Part shown: positions 11,946-26,129 of the stretch, in pieces
Layout: each line of letters opens with the position of its first letter
Numbering within the stretch: the stretch's first letter is position 1
Assembly (NCBI RefSeq): GCF_036321535.1
Contig: NC_087437.1
Coordinates: 14,820,001 to 14,884,000 of the forward strand
Reading direction: 5' to 3'
DNA length: 64,000 nt
Source of the DNA: Camelus dromedarius
Lineage: Eukaryota
Notes under the pieces: generated by a model
Seen by the model: only the letters and a program-made list of their open reading frames with translations
Database searches by the model: none
Told to the model about the DNA's origin: nothing
Program-made: the position numbers and the translations under genes

Positions 11946-12504
11946 TCCTGATTTCTTCCCATTTAATATTCCCTTGACCTAGGAAAATAATCTAAAAAAA
12001 GCAAGATGTGTCATCCTTCAAAAGATCAAGTAAAAACAAAGGAGAAAATAAAAATTGTATTTCTAAATATAATCAAAATAAATAGACATTTCTCTTTATG
12101 GATACAACATACTTTCCATTTCCTAAATAAGAAACATCTCTGAACTTTTTAAATAGCCAAGTTAAACAAATAAGGAGGAATATTTAAGAGGACTTTTCCT
12201 CCTAAATTATAAACATCTCTCTTTCCTATTGCCTGTGTACCCTTAAAAGCAGTAGTGAAAAATCCCTTGCTAACTGAATTGTTAGTCTTTCTAATAATTG
12301 TTTCTATTTCTCCTGTGAGGTAAAACAATAAAACTTAAATAAAGTATCAAGGTAATTCAGAAAAATAGAGGAATATTTTTTGCCTGAATCATTGTAGTTT
12401 ACTACTATTCAACTCCACTATGAATACAGGAACTACGCGATTTAGTCCTCAGAGGTCTTTCAAGGACAGACTATGAATGGTTGTCAATATTAGATGTAGA
12501 CAGA

Positions 12505-12640
12505 TCAGGAGTTGGCAAATTTTTTCTTAAAAGGCTTTGCAGCACTATTCCTTTCACAACTATTCCACTCTCGTCCTGCTGTATGCAAGCAGCCATAGAC
12601 AATATGAAAACAGGCATGACTGTGTTCTAATAAAACTTAT
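12505..12640. mobile_element. MER58-like hAT MITE fragment
   Basis: caggagttggcaaattttttct...gcagccatagacaat...tgtgttctaataaaacttat. Confidence 0.6.
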
Positions 12641-14687
12641 CTGCGCAATCCTTGGTACAGATCAGTGCTTTCAGGAACTACTTTGGAAATCTGTGGTGTG
12701 ATTGTGTTTGTATTTTGGGGGTGCTATTAGCATTCTGTAATGTCTAGGGCTGCTAGAAATTCTGGGCAACAGTCATACATACAAATATCCCTACATGATT
12801 TTCCTATGTTCCAAAAGAAATTCTCACAGGTTAAAAAAAAAGTTGTTTATAATTAGATGAGTCTAGAACCTGTTTTACATATAAAGACAGTTTATAAGTT
12901 TTGCAGTTTTAATATACACTAATATACCAGACATTCAAGTACTGAGTAATCGATGTAAGACTACTCTGCTTACTTTGAAACTTTGCCAAATGTGAAGAAC
13001 TCTTGGTAAAATCATATTACAAACAGAAATGCTGCTCGTGGTATCTGAGTCTCCATATCTGTTTCAGCCTCATAGTTGTAGCATTTGAAGTGATCTTACA
13101 TATGAATGCAAAAATATAAATACTCTGTTTTCCTCTACTGTTGTCAGGCACACACATTTACATACTAAATATACATTCTATTATTATGTGCCTTCTACTT
13201 TTATTTTTTTAATGATAAAAGTAGGTAAGTTATATTTATGAAATCCGTTTTAATAGAAAAAATGTCATATAAATATTTGCAATAGAAATGGAATGCTGCT
13301 TTGATATGTTGAGAAGATCTTGTCTAGATGTTGAAGGCAGAAGACAGCATCAGATGATCTCTTTAAAAGGACGTTCTGGTCCTAGCTTATGGAAGAGAAC
13401 ACCTGGGACATCCTCACTTGAGAACTGACTACCCCATGAGTGCAGAAATACTGAAACCTTTACATATTAAAAGAGTTCTTCTCTCTCGTTCATTACCAAG
13501 TCTCAGAAATCCACTTCAGGAATACATTTAATACAAACTCTAATGCAATTGGCCAGTTAAACCCTACTTAGGAATTTCAGCAACGTATTTTATTTTTATC
13601 CTGAGAGGACTGGCATTTTAAATCTTATAAAAACACAAGTCTTATATTTTTCTTTTAAGTCTCACATCAAATCCACATAGAAAAACAATATCCAAGGAAG
13701 CATTCAACTTTGACAAATATGTGTACCCTCATATGGCTATTGTGAGAATGAAATGAGATAATGCTTGGCTAATACTAATTGCTTAGCAACTGGTAATAAG
13801 TAATATAAATATAACATTAGGTAATTATGTAATATAATTATAGATAATGTTATAGAATAATACATAAATACAGATCATAGTTTAAAGTAAGAAAGCTTCA
13901 CTCTTCTACAACAGATGAATTAAATACTAAGATGCTTATAATTGTCACAGATATATTTTATTTTTATATTCTCCTAATCTAATTTCTTTAGCATACAGAA
14001 AGATAACTGAATTATGATGAAGCTAATCATATTGCTCCAACTGTTTCTTATAAGACCAATCACTATGCTATGTATGAATGGCTGAAAACAAGTGATCAAG
14101 AAGGCTAGCACCACAGACAATGGAAAAGTACAGTCAGCTCAGGATTGGCTGGAATAGGCAAGCGTCTCTCAATGCCTGATACTGACGCCATTTGTGCTAG
14201 AGACCCAGCTCTGGCTTGGCTGTCAGAATGACAGCGGCTCTGAGAATATATGCTTCCAATGTAGTAAAAATGACAGAATTTAAAACATCCTCAAAAAAGA
14301 CCATTTAAATTCAGGAGTGCTGCAGGACTTAGTACTATTCACAGAAGGGCTCTAATTTGAAAATCACTAAGGTTAAAAACATGCTTACTCTCAGACCCAA
14401 ATGTATTACTAGACTGTAAACTCGCTAAAGACAAGGATTTTTAGTGGCACAAAATAGGGTCTCATATATTTGTTAAATATACCCTAAAAACACACATATA
14501 AGAGTGAATTGACATGGGAGAGAGTATTTTAAAAGGACGTAGTCAATTAAAAGTCAATTGGAGAGATTCTGTAGATAATATGACATAGTGAAAGCCAAAA
14601 TAGTTTCTTTGTAGATCCTCACAACAGCTTAAGGTTTCCCTATAAATTTAGGCCATATCACCACCAAAGAGGAAAATGTGCAAATAC

Positions 14688-14797
14688 CTGTAGTCAGCTC
14701 CTAGAGAGGCTGCAATCGCATTTAGTTCACTCTGCTTCTTACTGAGTTTCTTACTCACACACACAATCACCTTGTGAAGGGGCTTCGGAGCTTCTTC
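14688..14797 (-). CDS. TOPBP1: TOPBP1 exon 16 (110 nt)
   Basis: [37 protein letters not shown]; follows a 90-nt intron. Confidence 0.95.
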
Positions 14798-14887
14798 CTG
14801 CCCGTGGAAAAGAAAAGAAACAGATCAACCATTATAGGTTTAAATGTTTTATCTAAAACTCCCTTTTAATAAGAGATCTAATTCTAC

Positions 14888-15061
14888 CTTCTCTGATTGG
14901 GCATCCTTTAGCTGAGGGCTGGCAGAAAGAGCGACAGCATTTCGAGAACTATTTGCCAAAGCAAGTTTCAGGTTTCTGACAATGACTTCTGAGAGCGGTG
15001 TACTCAGTTTCCTCTTCTGCTGGCTGGCACCTCCTGGAGTTTCCAAGGCTGCAAGTGCATC
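14888..15061 (-). CDS. TOPBP1: TOPBP1 exon 15 (174 nt, phase 0-0)
   Basis: DALAALETPGGASQQKRKLSTPLSEVIVRNLKLALANSSRNAVALSASPQLKDAQSEK; cag / gtagaa sites. Confidence 0.95.
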
Positions 15062-15071
15062 CTGTGTGTTT

Positions 15072-15202
15072 GGAGGGGGAGAGGGAGAGAGAGAGAGAGA
15101 TAAGAAGGTGAAAGGAGAGAAAGAAGAAGAGGGGAGAGAAGGGAAGAGAGAGAGGTAAATAGATAAGGAAAGACAAAAAGGAGAGGTGAAGGGAGACGGG
15201 GG
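15072..15202. repeat. GA-rich polypurine/polypyrimidine tract
   Basis: ~130 nt almost entirely G/A on the plus strand. Confidence 0.9.
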
Positions 15203-16794
15203 ATAATCCTCAGTTAACTGGATTATAGCTTTATCCTCCTCTGGCCTTCCCCCAAACAACAAAAGGAATGAAATATTATCTGTACCTATACACAAAGAAG
15301 AAAAAAAATTTCATACTGTCCAGCAAACTGGTTCAGAGACTACCAAGCTTACATATTCAGCAGTGCTTACATTTGTCTCATCTTAAGAGTTGAAGTTGCA
15401 GTTAAAATAAATAACAACAACAACAACAAAAAAAACAAATAAGCAAACGAAAAACACAGAAGGAAAAAAGTAAGCAAGGCTGGATATAAGCAAGACATCA
15501 ACTATAAGGAAGGTTCAATAGTCAGACTGAGCTGCGAATTGTGACAAATCTTCAAAGGCACAAAATATATTCCTGTTTCCAAGCCACCCAGAACCCCCTA
15601 AGAGTGGGGGCCACTGCTGTCCAGGGACCTGTGCTCATTCTCTTTCCGTCTGCATAGTATCCCATGTATTCTGTGCAGCAGAAGGTATTTAACCAGTGCT
15701 CAACTGATGAATATTCAAATTAACAGTCTTTTGCCAGTATAATGATGCTCTGCACAGGCAACAGCAAAAGTAACTATTTAAGCAAAACGTATACCAACAT
15801 TGATATTCTCATGAGTAAGGCATCAGTGTTCCCCAACATGCTTGACAGAACAGTGAGTAACCAGATTTTTTTTTTGCCAACTTGATGGGTTAAAAAAATT
15901 ATCTCCTTGCTTTAATTTTCCATCCTCTTAAACTGAATGAAATTAAACATCTTTACGTATGTATATTTCTATTTAACTTTTTTGTGACAGCTATCTCTTC
16001 CTATCCTTTCACCCATTTTCACAATGGGTTATTAGTCTTTTTTTAATATCCACTTTCATAAATACATTTGTATAAATTTTTATGTATCTATCACCACTGT
16101 GATATATACACATTTGTTCCCATTTTGTCAAATTTTTGCCATGGAGAAGTTTTTTTAAACAAATACTTTCACTGCACATTTATAAAATCTGCATAGTCAA
16201 ATGTAAAGACTTTTTTTATGCTGTCAAATTCATATGGATCTTTTATTTCTTTTGGTATTATGTTATAGTTAGAAAGGCTTTCCTCTCACTGGAATTTTTC
16301 AAAAACAAATTCACTTTCTCATGGCCTGTTCTAGAATTTTTATGCCTTCATTTCTTGTATTTAAATACCTGATCCTCTGAAACTCATTCTGAGTAAGGTG
16401 TGAGGTTGCATCCTAACTTTTCTCAGATGGCTACCCAGCTGTCTGATTTGAATGCCATCTTTATCATATGACACTTCTTCTATATAGATAGAAGAATGGG
16501 GTGTAATCTTGTGCACTGATTTGATTATTCATGTGATAACAACACACTGCTTCAATTACTGCAGCTTTAGGAGATGTTTCAATAATTAGCAGGGCTAGTG
16601 CCTACCCTCAATTATTCTTCTCAGATTTCATATACCATTTCTGCTTGCATTGTTAACAGAATCTATACTACCTTTCTAGATCTTTATGATATTTAATCTT
16701 TTTTTGGCAAGAACATGGTAATTAAGGAATTTGCTAAAGTTTTTTTTAATTTCTCTGTAGCATTTAAAAGGATTCTTCATGTACTCCTAAACCA

Positions 16795-17600
16795 CGTCTA
16801 CCCACCTTCAGCATCTGTGCCGTGAACACTGCTTCCCTCCTGCTTCTTTCCTCCATTGAAACACTAGCTCCCAACCCCTCTCACCAATTCTTCCCCCTCA
16901 TCTGCATCATCAAGTGGATCTCTACTGGATTAGTCCCATCGGCATACAGTTACTTCTTCCACCTTAAAAATGAAACAGCCTCCTTTGACTCTACTTTGCC
17001 CTACAGCTACCATCCCATTTCTTGGTTCCCCTTTATAGTAAGACTCCTCAAAGGCATTGTTTATATTCAATGTCTGGAACTCTTCTTACATTCCCATATG
17101 AACCCACACTGGCTTCCACCTCAACAATGTCATCATAATCCTTATAGTTAAGATCAACAGTCACCTCCACAATGCAAACTCCAGTGGTCAATTCTCTGTT
17201 TTCACCTTTCTTGATCTTTCAGCAGCATATGACACAGTTAACCACTCCTTCCTCGAATACTTTCTTAACTTGGCTTTTAAGGCTCCAAATGTGAGCCCCT
17301 CAGGGTGTTCCTTGGACCACTTCTGTCTTCTTCTCCTGCTCTCTTGGCATCTCTTTTCATATGGCTTTAAATATTATCAACAAACTCAGATCTCCAAATT
17401 TCTTTCTCTTGCCCAGACCATTCCTCAAACTTCAGGGTTTATGTGTAACTGCCTAAATGACAAAAGAACCTGGATGTCTAGCAGACATCTCAAACTTCAT
17501 GTGTCCAAAATATGAATTCTTGAACTTTAGGCCCCAACGCATTCTGTTCAGTTCAGTTGACTGGCAGCTCCATTCCTCTAATCTCTCAGATCAAAAATTT
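16795..17600 (+). mobile_element. LINE-2 RT-region fragment
   Basis: ctt gat ctt tca gca gca tat gac aca gtt aac cac = LDLSAAYDTVNH, the L2/CR1 RT motif, near 17210-17245. Confidence 0.8.
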
Positions 17601-17609
17601 TGAAGAAGG

Positions 17610-19870
17610 ATCCAAATTCTTAAACATTTAAGAATTCACCAAATACTAGGGAAAACCGATGGAGAATGATCAATAACTAGACATACCCTTGTAAAACAAT
17701 TAAACTTCAAAGATTAAAAAAAAAAATCCAGATAGCCTTCAAGCAAGAAAGATGAAATAACTTACAGATAACATAACTAGACTAGCCTGAGAATTTTCAA
17801 AAATAATACACATGAAAGCAAGGCAGCAGCAGAGAAGCATTTTCAGGAGACTCAAGGGAAAAAACACAAACCAAGAAAAGTACATTCAAACAATCTGCTG
17901 AAGAATCAAGGCCTTAGTAAAAGTCTTAAATGAGCAGAACTCATAAACCCCTGTACACATAAGCCCTTCCTGAGGAAACTACTAGAGGATAAATTTCATC
18001 CTACCAGAAGATGACAGGGAAGCTCCACAAAGGACAGACAGCGAGCATTTCGTACCTTTAAATGCAGAGTTAAGATTAAAATAAGGGTGAGGTCCAGGGG
18101 TTGAAGAATATATAAACATTTTATTTTCTGACAAAGTAGAAAAATGCAATTAAAAATAGTGGAAGAGAGAAAAGGGGGACACAGAGTAAGATTACTGACC
18201 ATGATAGAAACAGTAAGTAGGGGTCAAGACATAATTTAAACTGACAAATAAAAGGTTAAAAGAGGAAGGGGGATTAAGGACACTATAAGAAATATTAATA
18301 CAAAGGTAACCATGAGACTAAAATAAACAAACAAACCCTTTCCTAAATACTAAAAGGAAAAACAAAACCCAAAACAAAGAAAACACAATAAATGAAGAAA
18401 CATAATAAACATATATAAAACATAATCACATAGCAATTACAACATAACATGTGCCAGAACTGAGACCAAATATAAGTCATATTAAATGTGAATGGGTTAA
18501 ACTTGCCTAATTTAAAGAAAAAATTTCAAAATGGCTCAGAAAGCAAAACCCATCTCTACACTGTATAAAGGAGACCCACTTAAAACACAGCAATCTGAAA
18601 AGGCTAAAAATAAAGAAATGCACAGATAACTGAAAACAATGAGAGAGTAGGGACTTAAATCCTGATACAAAGTAGACTTCAAGCCAAAAAGCATTAAATG
18701 AGACAAAAGATACATTCCAATTTACATAACAGTTACGAATATCTGTGCCCTAAGTAACACAGTAAGTATCTTTTGAAAACAAAAACCACAGGAGATTCAA
18801 GGAGAAATAAAACATAGCAATATTAGGAAACTTGAAAATACCTGTTAGTATAAGAAGGGTTAAATGAACAAAAAGCAGGAAGAGAATATAAAAGATCTAA
18901 CTAACATAATCAGCCAGATCTTTTGTTTAGATAGAGAAAAGCCTGATAGAGAATATACCTTCTTCTCCAGGAATCTCAAAAATCAAGGAATGTTCTCAAA
19001 AATTGATCATATATCAGGGTATGAAGACAAGATCAGTAAGTTCTGTGAAGTAGAATTATTACAAACACTGATCACAATGCAATAAAACTAGAAATTAAAA
19101 TGAAACAAAGTCCTTCCACCTGGAAATTAATGAAAACTCTACATAGCTGAGTAAAGGGTATATGAGTATTCGTTGTACTATTTTTATTTTGCAACTTTTT
19201 CTAAGTCAGAAATTATTTCCAAGTAAAATATTTTTTTAAAAGTTATAATACCTCTTTGGCAAGGATGAGGCAACTGGGGGCTCAATACACTGCTGGTGGG
19301 AGTATAACCTGGTACAACCATTTGGACAGCTCGTCAGTCTCTACTGACCCAGCAATTTCACTTCTAGGTATATACCAAAAAGAAAGGCATGCACACATAT
19401 TCCAAGAGACATGCACAAGAATGTTCACAGTTGCACAGCATGGATCTTATGCTTGTAAGAGCAAAATAGCAACCACCTAAGCGCCCGCCAATGGTAAACC
19501 AGATATGTAAACTGCATTATATCCACACAATGGATTATTATATAGTAATAGAATCAGTGAACTATAGTTACAGGCAGCAACACGGACAACTCTTCCAAAT
19601 GAAGGTCGAACAAAAATAGACTCAAAAGAATATATGATTCTAGCTATTTGAAAAACAAGCATAATAAAGCTAGTGTTAGAAGTCAGGAGTGTCACCTTTG
19701 GGGAGGAAGGGGTGACAGGTAAGGGCATGAGGAAGGTTCTACAACATTGGCAATGATCCCTTTCCAAACATGTACTGTGGCTTCCCAACTGTTAACACTA
19801 ATGTTTTATTTAGCAGCACATTTGTTGTACTTTTCTGATGTGAGTCAATTAAAAGTTAAGTTTAAATAAA
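17610..19870 (+). mobile_element. Old, fragmented LINE-1 (ORF1, endonuclease and 3' pieces)
   Basis: Degenerate L1 motifs (aaatgtgaatgggttaaac; gaatataccttcttctc; aaaattgatcatat; gacccagcaatttcacttctaggtatatacc). Confidence 0.65.
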
Positions 19871-21316
19871 GGGTGTTTTTTTTATTGTGAGGCCCAATAT
19901 ACATTCAATTTTGTGACCGATATGGACTCATGGCCCTTTTGTTTTCAGAAGAAAAATTCAATATACCATATTACATCAATTTGAATACTCACTGATTATA
20001 ATAAGATGAAGTATTATTTTATATATCATCCTCCCAAGAAAAGAGAAAGAGAGAGAAACACTGCTAATTAAACTGTGACTCTAAACAATGATACATTTAA
20101 ACATGTTTTATATCTTCACTGAGACCACTTCAGAACCATGAGCTTTCCACTGCAAGGTCTCTAAAGAATGGTCTCAATCACTGAAAATATTCCCACCACC
20201 TTCTTGCCTCCTAATGTTATTTCATTTACTTTTCAAAGAGTCTGTGAGCTATGAGACCTCAGACACCATCTAGATATGCGCCATGATTTTACAGATGGGG
20301 TAATGAAACCCAAACAGGTGGACTTGCCTTAAAAGCCTGCAAGAGGCAAAGCAGAGGCCTGATTCTAGATCCCAGTTCCCACCAGTGGTTTCCTCTATCT
20401 CTTAAGGCATAATGAACAGTGTTAGTCACACAAAATGTTACTTCAGTAGAAATTTCTTCAAAGATTAGCTTGGAGAAAATTGTCCCAAGTATCAATTTAT
20501 ATTTATTTTCTGAAGATGAACAGCCTGTAAACTTTTTAAAGTCTGCTCCAAAACATACTAGTAAAAATCATTAAGCTCTATGAGCAAAAGACCTCAACAG
20601 ATGAATGTTACAATAATTTTGCAAAGGTTCATGGATAAAAAATCATAGATAATGGTTTGAACAGCCACTTGAAAGGCCAAAAGCTACTAAAGGAACAATG
20701 AAGAAAATTATTTTGGGGGAATAAAAGGAAACCATCTGAAAAGGCTGAATTAGTCCTGGATTTGTTAAAGAATTTTTCAGAAAGGGAGCCATACTCCAGG
20801 GCTCAGGAGATCAAAGAAAGCTGCACACTTAACTCATCTTTTTAAGGGAAATGATAGAAAAGTAAAGTGATAATAGGACATTTTCAGAAAGAGAGCACTG
20901 GGTGTACTCCTAGAATCAAAGCATAAGTAGCAATGTATTTATATTATTTTGTAGTTTATGAATTATTTCATCACACCATTTCATTGGATTCTTATGATAA
21001 GCCTGTAAGTTTTCAGAGTAAGTGATATTATCCTCATACAAAAGGAACTGATGTTCAGATATGTTAAATGATCTGTGAGTCATACTGTTAATGAGAGATC
21101 TAGGATTTGAACCCAGATGTACTGATTTCACACCATATACCTCTCTAGCTATTACCTCAAACCTGGGTATACACTGGGACCCAACACTACGAATCTACTC
21201 ACTAACACCTCTGGAAAAGTTACTACTACAAACTTTAGAGACGATGGAGAATTCGCTGCTTTAACTGTATAAACTATAAAATTGTTAACTCCAGGACCAT
21301 TCTCTATAAACCTTAC

Positions 21317-21603
21317 CTTCACATCAAAGGAAGGCTTAAAGAGTTTGTCCTTGGACAGAAATTTTGATGGTGTATCCAGATGTAATGAGGGCTCCTTCTG
21401 AAGTGGCTGTCCCACTGCAGGGGAGACTGAAGCCTGTCCAGAGTGCTGTGAAATCACAGCATGGAAAGCTTTACTCTGAAAGCGGTTCATATCTAAAGGT
21501 GTAACAGCTGTTTTTCTGTGAGTTTCCAGGTGGGTGACAGGATGCTCTGGAGTATCTGGATTTAGATTCACCCCTTTTGTTGTTTCAGTTTCCAAACCTT
21601 GCT
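21317..21603 (-). CDS. TOPBP1: TOPBP1 exon 14 (287 nt)
   Basis: ...ETETTKGVNLNPDTPEHP...TPLDMNRFQSKAF...LDTPSKFLSKDKLFKPSFDVK; tag / gtaagg sites. Confidence 0.96.
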
Positions 21604-22855
21604 CTAGAGATTTAAAAGGAAAAGAAACAAATGTGAGCCACTAATGCCATCTTTCTGTCTCTAAAGAGGCACATGAGAAGTAATATTTTTATATCTTATT
21701 GTTAATTTTCATGTGACTTCTCAAGTACACTTTAAATCGACTTTCCAAGAAACAAACTGGATGATACATTAAAATATACGTTGAGTTAGACAAGCATATA
21801 ACTGAACTGATTAATGAAATTAGATTTCCTGTTTCAACTTATTTCAACTTGAAATATTCTCAATAAACCTCAAAATTTGCCCCAAATTATATAAATAAAT
21901 GTCATGTTAGTCAACAGCAGAGTAAAAAGAAAATTCCAATTACATACTCAGAGTTAACAACTACAGTCAAGCTTCTGGAGATTCCTTAATGAATTTTTAA
22001 TATGACCTATAAACATTACTTTGCCTCAGTTGTAAAATTTCCAGTTTGTCTAGGTAAAAGTAATGATAGCTCTGATAGCTGTTCCCAAGCTATTGACTTG
22101 TCCCTGAAGTGTGCCCAGGGATGCCATCATCTTACAAGAGGGGCTACTGTGTCCTCCCACCCTGACTCCCACCTTTTTTTCAACACTTAACAGAAACACT
22201 TATTAGACAGGTGCCCCATGACAAGCCCAATGCCAGGCAATGGAAATCTATAACGCACAAGACACTCACACTCTTCACCTTTTCAGAGCATGTGGCTGAA
22301 CATGGAAACATGAACGTAAACTAGATTGATAACATTAGGATAAGAGCTATAAAAGGGACAGGGTGTCATGGCAAGACAAAAGCCATACTTGGTGAGTCAA
22401 GACAATCTTTCCAGGGAAAGTGACATCAAAGCTGAGAATTGAAAGATAAGGAGGAACAGGCAAGCTTGAGGTGGACAAGAGAAAACATACAAAAGTCCAA
22501 AGATGAGGACTAGAGAGCACTTTAATTACACAGTGTGTCAGTGGGAGCCACAGAAGGAACAGTTAATGGGATCTAAGCTCACATCTTTAGACGTCAAACA
22601 CTGAGACCCTAGGATGCTCCTATATTATTTTGTATCCTCTAGCTTTCAGGTAGTGCCTACACTCAAGAGTATGGATACAAATTAAACATTTGTGCTATGA
22701 ACGCACATTTATTCCCTTCCCGTCATAATGAATGCCCAACATGGCTCACGTGAAAGGGGGAAATCAATGACTTTTCCTAATAACAAGCTTTAGTACATTC
22801 ATATCCCAGAAATCGTCAAATTGAACAAAATAAAGAACAAAATGAAAATATTAAC

Positions 22856-23067
22856 CTTCTTTATGTGAATTTTCAATCAGAAAATGGCTTTCATTTGCTC
22901 TCTTCCCCATTCTAGCAGTCTCCAATAGCCAAGCTATAGTGACTGCTGGCAATTTCCACTTCTTGGCAGCTTCATATTTAGAACCACCTGGTTCTTTCAA
23001 TATAAGATGTGTACTGGCAAACATGCCTTTCTTTGCATTGGATTTGCGAACGAAGAATTCTTGAACC
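22856..23067 (-). CDS. TOPBP1: TOPBP1 exon 13 (212 nt, BRCT5)
   Basis: [70 protein letters not shown]; cag / gttaat sites. Confidence 0.96.
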
Positions 23068-24058
23068 CTGGAAGTTATATTTAAAGAAAGCAAATGGTCA
23101 TGTGCACAATTAGCCAGCAAAGTAAGAATGAAGTTTCTAATACAACAGTGTTGTTAGACTTCTAAGTATAAAAAAAAATCCTCACAGATTGAAAGTTGGT
23201 TCTAGTTCTTAAATCAATCCCCCTACAAATGCTTACTCTAGGATAAAAATGTACTGCTACAATTTATAAAAACATAAGCAAATTAAACTAGACTTTTAAG
23301 AAATAACCAGAAAAATTACCCACTCACCCTGCCTTTCCTTCCACAATGGGGCATCAAACAACCAGCAGAACAAGGGAAGTATATGAATAATATGTTATAC
23401 CTTTCAGCCAACTACAATTTCTCTAAGCATTTTCACACATAATCTCATTCGATCCTGTCAATATTTGTGAGTTATCAATATTTTACAAATTATTGTAAAG
23501 ATACAACCTGGGGAAATATACAGAAAAATTAAGTGACTATCTAAAGATCACAGAATATTAAAGAGAATATGGGGGCAGAAACAGAAGTCCATCACTTGAA
23601 ATATAAATGTAATTTTCTTTTCTTCTATGATCTCTAGGCTTTAGGTTCTAGTTCCTCATTTTTAAGATTTGTTTAATCTCCCATGTTTTTCCTAGTACTT
23701 TTCATGGTTTCATTCTTCACATTTCACCCACTGAACAATTTGGTATTTATTTTGCTGGCTCTTAAGTATGGCTCCAACTTTACTGAATCCTATTTATTAA
23801 ATAAACCATCTCTTCCTCAAGTTGATATATCACTTTTATCATATAGCAAATTCTTATTTGTATTTGGGTCTATTTCTAGACTTTTTAACTTGTTTATTGA
23901 ACTTTCCGCTACTTATAGACACACTATTATTTAGTGAAATTTACAAAATATATTTAAATAACTACTCTATTTCAGAATTTTCATGACTTTCCTGCTTGCT
24001 AATATTTTCCCATGAATTTAAGAATGAGTTTGCTTATTGCCCTCTCTAAAAAATCTCT

Positions 24059-24180
24059 GGGGAGGGTGTAGCTCAGTGGTAGAGTGCATGCCTAACATGC
24101 ATGAAGTCCTGGGTTCAATCCCCAGTACCTCCATCAAAAGTAAATAAATAAACCTAATTACCTCCCACCCCCCAAAAAAG
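24059..24180 (+). mobile_element. tRNA-Ala-derived SINE (vic-1-like)
   Basis: ggggagggtgtagctcagtggtagag (A box)...gggttcaatcccc (B box), then the aaacctaattacctccc tail. Confidence 0.85.
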
Positions 24181-24491
24181 GTGGGGGGGGTCTTAAAAAT
24201 TTGCTGAGTAAATGAAAAACAAAGTACAATTTTTAAAAAGTACTTACTGATAGCAAGAGCACTGATGCATAACACAAAACAAAACAAACAAAAAAATTTC
24301 TTCAGCATTTTTATTGAGATCAAGTAAAATTTATACATTAATGCTAGGGATAACAGAAACTTCTTTATAATGTTTAGTCTTCCTATCCAAGAACATGTAC
24401 ATCTTTCTTACCATTCAAGTCTTATTTTGTTTCCCTCAATAGCATTTTACAAGTTTCAGTAGCTCTTCTAAGTTTCACTTTAAACTTATTC

Positions 24492-24794
24492 TTTTAATAT
24501 TGAAGTATAGTTAGCATACATATTAGCTTCAGGTGTACAACACAGTGATTTGATATTTAAATACATTACAAAAATGATCAACACCATAAGCCAAGTGACC
24601 ATCTGTCACTATACAAAGCTATTACAGCATTACTATTTTACTTATGCTGTATATTACACCCCCACGACTATTTTATAGCGGAAAGTTTATACCTCTTAAT
24701 TCCCTTCACCTATTTTGCCCAACCCCCCATTCTGTTCCCCTCTGGTGACCAGCAGTTTGTTCTCTGCATCTATAAATCTATTTTTTAAAAATAT

Positions 24795-24865
<71 letters not shown>

Positions 24866-25030
24866 TTTTCGGGGGGGGGACCTACGTATACTTATTTTAA
24901 TGGAGGTACCAGGGATTGAACCAGGACCTCGTTCATACTAGGCATGCATTCTACCACTGAGCTATACCCTCCCCCATTTCAGATCTGTTTTGTTTATTAA
25001 TTTGTTTAGTTTTGTTTTAAGATTCCACAT
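24492..25030 (-). mobile_element. L1 3' end, interrupted by a SINE
   Basis: attgaagtatagtt...caggtgtacaacacagtgatt...tttaagattccacat. Confidence 0.7.
24781..24975 (-). mobile_element. vic-1-like SINE with (TTTA)n tail
   Basis: Reverse-strand SINE head ctaccactgagctataccctccccc; (ATTT)n at ~24792-24868. Confidence 0.85.
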
Positions 25031-26093
25031 CATGTTGTTAGGTATTTTATTTTACCACAGATGTGGTAAAAGATTTTTGTTTTCCTTAGCTCTTCTAGCT
25101 GGCTGTGTATATGAAGGTCAGTGACTTCTGTATATTAATTTTCTGCATAAGCACTTTACTGAATTTTTCTGAGCACTGCGTTAGTTACACCCCTTAGAGT
25201 CTGCTGCCATATTTTTGTTATTTTCTACAATTCATTTTTTCTAAAAGCTTTTTATTAATTCAGTATAATTCAAATACAGAACACAGCAGAAAAGGAAATA
25301 ATTTACTGAATTATCATAAGGGGAATATCCTTATATCCCCACCCATGTCAGAAGACAGAATCTTACCAGTCACTCCAGAACCTCTCCAACATGCCTCTTC
25401 TCAATAATAGCTCCTCTTCCCTCCCTTCCTAATAGTAGCCATTATTTGGATATTTATGGTAATCACTTCCTTACTTTTCTTTAGTTTTATCACAGTGCAT
25501 ACTTGAACATTTCATTTAACTTTTTGTGTCTTTTAGCTTGTAGGCTTCCTCTCCTCTTCCTGTTCCCTGTTATCTCTAGTAATACTTAACTTTCCTGCCT
25601 TTGGCCAGTGGAGGTCCTTTGGACGCAACGCTCCCTTAGTAGTTTTTGGTTAATATACTTGCTATCTGGTCTGACAAAATGTTCCAAATTCACTGGCACT
25701 CAGATCTAGACTTGACCATTTTTTTAAGCTTCAGTTTTTTTTAGTGGGAAATGGTATTTTGAGGTCACAATATGGGCACTGCAGTTGCTTGTTACTATTA
25801 TATTGATAATGATTTCTAGGCTATGGTCTGTACTTTCTACTTTCATTTATTGAGGTTTTCTTTGTGGCCAATTTCTTTACAGGCCACAGGCATCTGAAAA
25901 GGTATGGTCACTGTTTCAGGAATAGATAGCTAACTGTGCTGTTTAAATACAAATCTGTTTTTCCTTCCTTGTTTCCTCTTTGACCTGTCATGAAGTAAAA
26001 GACGGGAATTAAAGTCTCCTACAAGTAATGTGTTTCTGCTGATTCCTCCTCGTATATCCTGTTGTTTTTGTTTCATGACAGTCATGCTCTACT

Positions 26094-26095
<2 letters not shown>

Positions 26096-26125
<30 letters not shown>
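26096..26125. repeat. (GT)15 microsatellite
   Basis: Read directly from the sequence. Confidence 0.95.

Positions 26126-26129
<4 letters not shown>

Noticed and set aside
15062..15295. N-terminal extension of the 148-aa ORF over exon 15
   Set aside because: It is a translation of the intronic CT-rich tract; the true exon starts at 15061.
24059..24131. tRNA-Ala gene (and the similar copies elsewhere)
   Set aside because: Each copy is diverged and carries a SINE tail, an A-rich end and often a TSD, so these are SINEs.
24715..24900. IYLF-repeat ORF (also the poly-Phe ORF at 45987-46169)
   Set aside because: These are microsatellite translations.
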